Positions 61,013-64,000 of a stretch of 64,000 nt of DNA are shown one piece after another. The notes beneath the pieces were generated by a model. The model saw nothing but the letters and a program-made list of their open reading frames with translations. It did not search any database and was not told where the DNA came from. A program made the position numbers and the translations under genes. Position 1 is the stretch's first letter, and each line of letters starts with the position of its first letter. The DNA is taken from the sequence record MW373745.1, one strand, 5' to 3'.

Positions 61013-62035
61013 ATGTTGAACTTAAAAGATTTAAATCACAAATATATTGATGCTTTATATCGATGTTTGAATGGCACTGAAAATACACCAAACAAATACC
61101 ACTTAGAACCGAACGTTGGTATACACACCGAAATGGTTATGGCCAAAGTCAACGAATTATATAAAGATGATCCTGATTATAAAGTATTAATATTAGGAGC
61201 AGCTTTACACGATATTGGTAAAATAATAACTAGAACACCATCTAAAAATAACCCAGAAAAAATACATTTTTTAAATCACGAAAATGCTGGTGTGTTCTTT
61301 GCATTAGATGTTTTACACGATTTGGATTTAAATCTAACCAAACAAGAAATAATAGATATAATTAAAATAGTAGCCCATCACGACATTTATAAATTCGATT
61401 TAGAAACACTTAAAAAACGTTATGTTTATAGAGATTTAAAATTATTATCCAAGTTTTCAGTTGCTGATGCTTTAGGTAGAATCACTGAAGTTCCAAAAGA
61501 ACTTCCCGATTTAAATATTGAAGCTTATGATAGATCTAATGTTGCCAATGAACCAGTTTTAGAAGTATTAGTAGGATTACCAGGTTCTGGTAAATCAACT
61601 TATGTTTATATGAATGATAAAGCAGCTATATCAAGAGACGATATTTTAATGAGATACGGTTTTAAAAAATACAATCAAGTTGAATATTCAGATATTTGGA
61701 GAAACTTAACAGATTCTGATCAAAAAGAAATCGATTCTTTATTTAATGATAAGTTTTTAAGAGCACTTCAAAAGAATCAAAATATTTTAATAGATAAAAC
61801 GAATACTTCGATTAAATCGAGGCGTAGATTATTTGCTACTTCGAGCTTGGTTAGAAATTATCATAAGAAAGCAGTAGTATTTTTAACACCATATACAATG
61901 ATATTAAATAGACTTGAAAAAAGAAATGCTACAGGTAAAATAATTAATAAAAGTGTTGTGGATGCTATGATGAAATCTTTTGTAATACCTACTTATGAAG
62001 AGTTCGATTCAATAGAGTTTAGACTTTGGTTCTAA
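61013..62035 (+). CDS. HD-domain phosphohydrolase fused to polynucleotide kinase
   Basis: HTEMV, LHDIGK, HH and AD motifs; VGLPGSGKST, ISRD and IDKTN. Confidence 0.82.
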   Translation: MLNLKDLNHKYIDALYRCLNGTENTPNKYHLEPNVGIHTEMVMAKVNELYKDDPDYKVLILGAALHDIGKIITRTPSKNNPEKIHFLNHENAGVFFALDVLHDLDLNLTKQEIIDIIKIVAHHDIYKFDLETLKKRYVYRDLKLLSKFSVADALGRITEVPKELPDLNIEAYDRSNVANEPVLEVLVGLPGSGKSTYVYMNDKAAISRDDILMRYGFKKYNQVEYSDIWRNLTDSDQKEIDSLFNDKFLRALQKNQNILIDKTNTSIKSRRRLFATSSLVRNYHKKAVVFLTPYTMILNRLEKRNATGKIINKSVVDAMMKSFVIPTYEEFDSIEFRLWF

Positions 62036-62143
62036 ACTTAAAAGCTTAAATTTTAAAATAATTTAAACTAGAGTTTTAGTTTTTAACATAAGATTCATAG
62101 AACTTTAAGTTCAATTATAATATAATAAACAAAAAGGAGTTAT

Positions 62144-62920
62144 ATGCTTGTTTCTCACGAAGTTCCGTTAAGTCTTTTAGAAAAATCAAGAACGTTTAAT
62201 GATTATGATTATGCTTTAGTTCATTTATTTGAAATCTACCCAGAATACAAACAATTTTACATAGATTCATTAAAAAAGCGTAGAACAGTTTATTTAGATA
62301 ATTCTTTATTTGAATTAGGAACATTATACGATCACGATAAGTTTGCTAAAGAAGCAAATGAATTAGGTTCTATCAATCCTAGTAATTTCTATTATATAGT
62401 CCCTGATGCTTTAGGCAATGCTAGTGCAACAATACAATCTTTTAGAGACTTTTCTAAGTTTAGTATACCTGGTAAGAAAATAGGCGTTGTTCAAGGTAAT
62501 ACTTTAGAAGAATTAACAGATTGCTTTAAGTTTATGAAAGAAAATGCAGATATGGTAGCTATTTGTTTTTCAGGAGACTACTTCTATGAATACGAAGGTG
62601 ATACTAAAGAAGCTAAATTAACACAAGCAAGGATAGATTTTATAAAACATTTAGATAAATTAAATCTATTAAAAGATTCTAAAATACATTTATTGGGTTG
62701 TCAAGTTCCTCAAGAATTTAAAAATTATAAGAACATTCCAGAGATTGTATCTTTAGATACTTCTAACCCAATTGTTCACGGTATATATAATGTAAGATAT
62801 TCTAAAGATGGTTTAAGAACTAAAATAAGTACTAAATTAGTAGATCTTATAGATTATAAAGGTTCCGCCAATACTATTTTATTAAATATTATGGATTTTA
62901 GAACTATTAATGGCCTTTGA
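62144..62920 (+). CDS. TGT/DpdA-like TIM-barrel protein (candidate 7-deazaguanine transglycosylase)
   Basis: LDNSLFE, VPDALG, GVVQG, IHLLG and SLDTS motifs. Confidence 0.6.
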   Translation: MLVSHEVPLSLLEKSRTFNDYDYALVHLFEIYPEYKQFYIDSLKKRRTVYLDNSLFELGTLYDHDKFAKEANELGSINPSNFYYIVPDALGNASATIQSFRDFSKFSIPGKKIGVVQGNTLEELTDCFKFMKENADMVAICFSGDYFYEYEGDTKEAKLTQARIDFIKHLDKLNLLKDSKIHLLGCQVPQEFKNYKNIPEIVSLDTSNPIVHGIYNVRYSKDGLRTKISTKLVDLIDYKGSANTILLNIMDFRTINGL

Positions 62921-62961
62921 TATGGTTTAAATAGCCAAAATTAGGTTTTAAAGGGGTTTAA

Positions 62962-63504
62962 ATGAAAATAGGATTTACAGGAGTTTCAGGTTCTGGAAAG
63001 ACGACTATAGCCAAATTATTAAAAGAACGATATAATTTGGATATTATTCCAGGGCCTGGAAGAAAATTAAAAGAATTGGGTTTTAATATAAATGAAGATG
63101 GTGATATGGAAACTCAAAAAGCAGCTTTGCAAATTCATATAGAAGATCTTAACAAAGATGGTATATACGAAAGAACAATATTAGATGCTGTAGTTTATAC
63201 TAAGTATTTAGTAGAGATTAAAAAATCAATACCTGATGTATTTTTAGATTTAGCTGAAATAGTTTCTATTGAATTAATGAAAAAATATGATATAGTTTTT
63301 TATATTAAACCAGAATTTGATTTAGTTCCGGATGGTGTCAGATCTACTGATTTAGAATTTAGAAATATTTGTAGTAATTACTACGATTACTATATAGATA
63401 CCTACGGTATTAATGTAGTTAATTTAAGTGGTTCTGTAGACGAAAGATTTAAAGCAGCTGTCAAAATTATCGACAAAAGATTTGAAAATTTAAGGAACTT
63501 TTAA
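62962..63504 (+). CDS. P-loop nucleotide kinase (AAA_28-like), paralog of 11487-12020
   Basis: IGFTGVSGSGKTT, ERTILD and DGVRS motifs. Confidence 0.72.
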   Translation: MKIGFTGVSGSGKTTIAKLLKERYNLDIIPGPGRKLKELGFNINEDGDMETQKAALQIHIEDLNKDGIYERTILDAVVYTKYLVEIKKSIPDVFLDLAEIVSIELMKKYDIVFYIKPEFDLVPDGVRSTDLEFRNICSNYYDYYIDTYGINVVNLSGSVDERFKAAVKIIDKRFENLRNF

Positions 63505-63522
63505 GGATACTTAGTATATAAT
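63499..63522 (+). promoter_or_regulatory. TTTAAG-N11-TATAAT promoter not followed by an ORF
   Basis: TTTTAAG GATACTTAGTA TATAAT. Confidence 0.65.
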
Positions 63523-63529
63523 TATAAAT

Positions 63530-64000
63530 ATAAATAAATTAGATCTTTTAAATATCATTGTTAAACAGATTTAGAATATAACCAAAATTGTGAGCATTTC
63601 GGATTTCCTGACAGAGAAAATCATCATAGTGTGCTCCTTTTTCTTTAGATTGCAATGTAACTTAATTGAAAGATTAAAAAATTTAAAAAGTTTAAAAATC
63701 TGAACAGAGAGATGCTCACAATTTTGGTTATATTTTAGTTTTAAATTCTAAACTTAGAATGTTAGAACTATAAAGACTTTTATGTGCAGAACATCATACA
63801 TACTTCTTATTTAATCGGGAATTTGTTAGTATAAACTTAGCACACCGGAAGTCTTTATAGTTCTAATCAATGTTCAGAATAGTCTCTACCTTGCTAAGAC
63901 ATATGTCGATAAGCGAACTGTGGATACTTCTATAATATTTTTATGAAGGACTGGGAGGTAGAACACTACCACAAACTCAAGACATTCTTTAGAACTCGTA
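63530..64000 (+). ncRNA. Candidate structured non-coding RNA (may extend past the window)
   Basis: 29-bp stem 63572-63600/63709-63737 (2 G-U); 18-bp perfect stem 63762-63779/63849-63866; further helices to the window end; upstream promoter. Confidence 0.55.

Noticed and set aside
63670-63738. Plus-strand ORF duplicating the 18-aa peptide
   Set aside because: An in-frame TGA lies at 63667, and there is no RBS or start codon before the final MLTILVIF
1-64000. tRNA or rRNA genes; phase-variable poly-G tracts
   Set aside because: No cloverleaf or rRNA signature and no long G/C run noticed by eye; tRNAscan-SE would be needed to exclude tRNAs

Overview
Very AT-rich segment of a large T4-like (Tevenvirinae-related) myovirus. 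Gene content and architecture match the Campylobacter group II / Firehammervirus type: long AT-rich repeat arrays between gene modules, radical SAM genes, QueE, Hef-like endonucleases and a solo TnpB. This assignment is an inference from gene content, not a database hit. Recognisable core genes: gp3, gp16-like, gp21, gp17, gp26-like (x2), gp39, dUTPase, gp61, gp44/gp62, RNase H, gp49, gp20, gp30, gp25, gp6, gp7, gp54/19-like, gp4, gp55, gp33, gp22, gp23 and gp18. Most notable observations: (1) terL is fractured by an atypical naturally split intein (30-aa IntN) in the Walker A motif, with a free-standing endonuclease between the halves. (2) The tail-sheath gene is split into two ORFs at an Ig-domain insertion and also carries a group I intron (56957-58589) with verifiable P1/P10 pairings and a frameshifted HNH ORF. 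(3) Two tandem GNAT-like proteins share an identical T4-type capsid-targeting N-terminus. (4) A solo TnpB has a non-canonical RuvC-II. (5) QueE, a TGT/DpdA-like gene and kinases suggest 7-deazaguanine DNA modification. (6) A DNA methyltransferase remnant lacks its catalytic core. (7) One protein has 43 consecutive Cxx repeats. (8) A TTTAAG-N11-TATAAT promoter motif recurs with fixed spacing. (9) A promoter-driven, heavily base-paired non-coding region at the right end has loops carrying anti-Shine-Dalgarno/anti-AUG motifs. Two 100-N assembly gaps lie in repeat regions. All functional calls come from motif recognition by eye; no searches were run.
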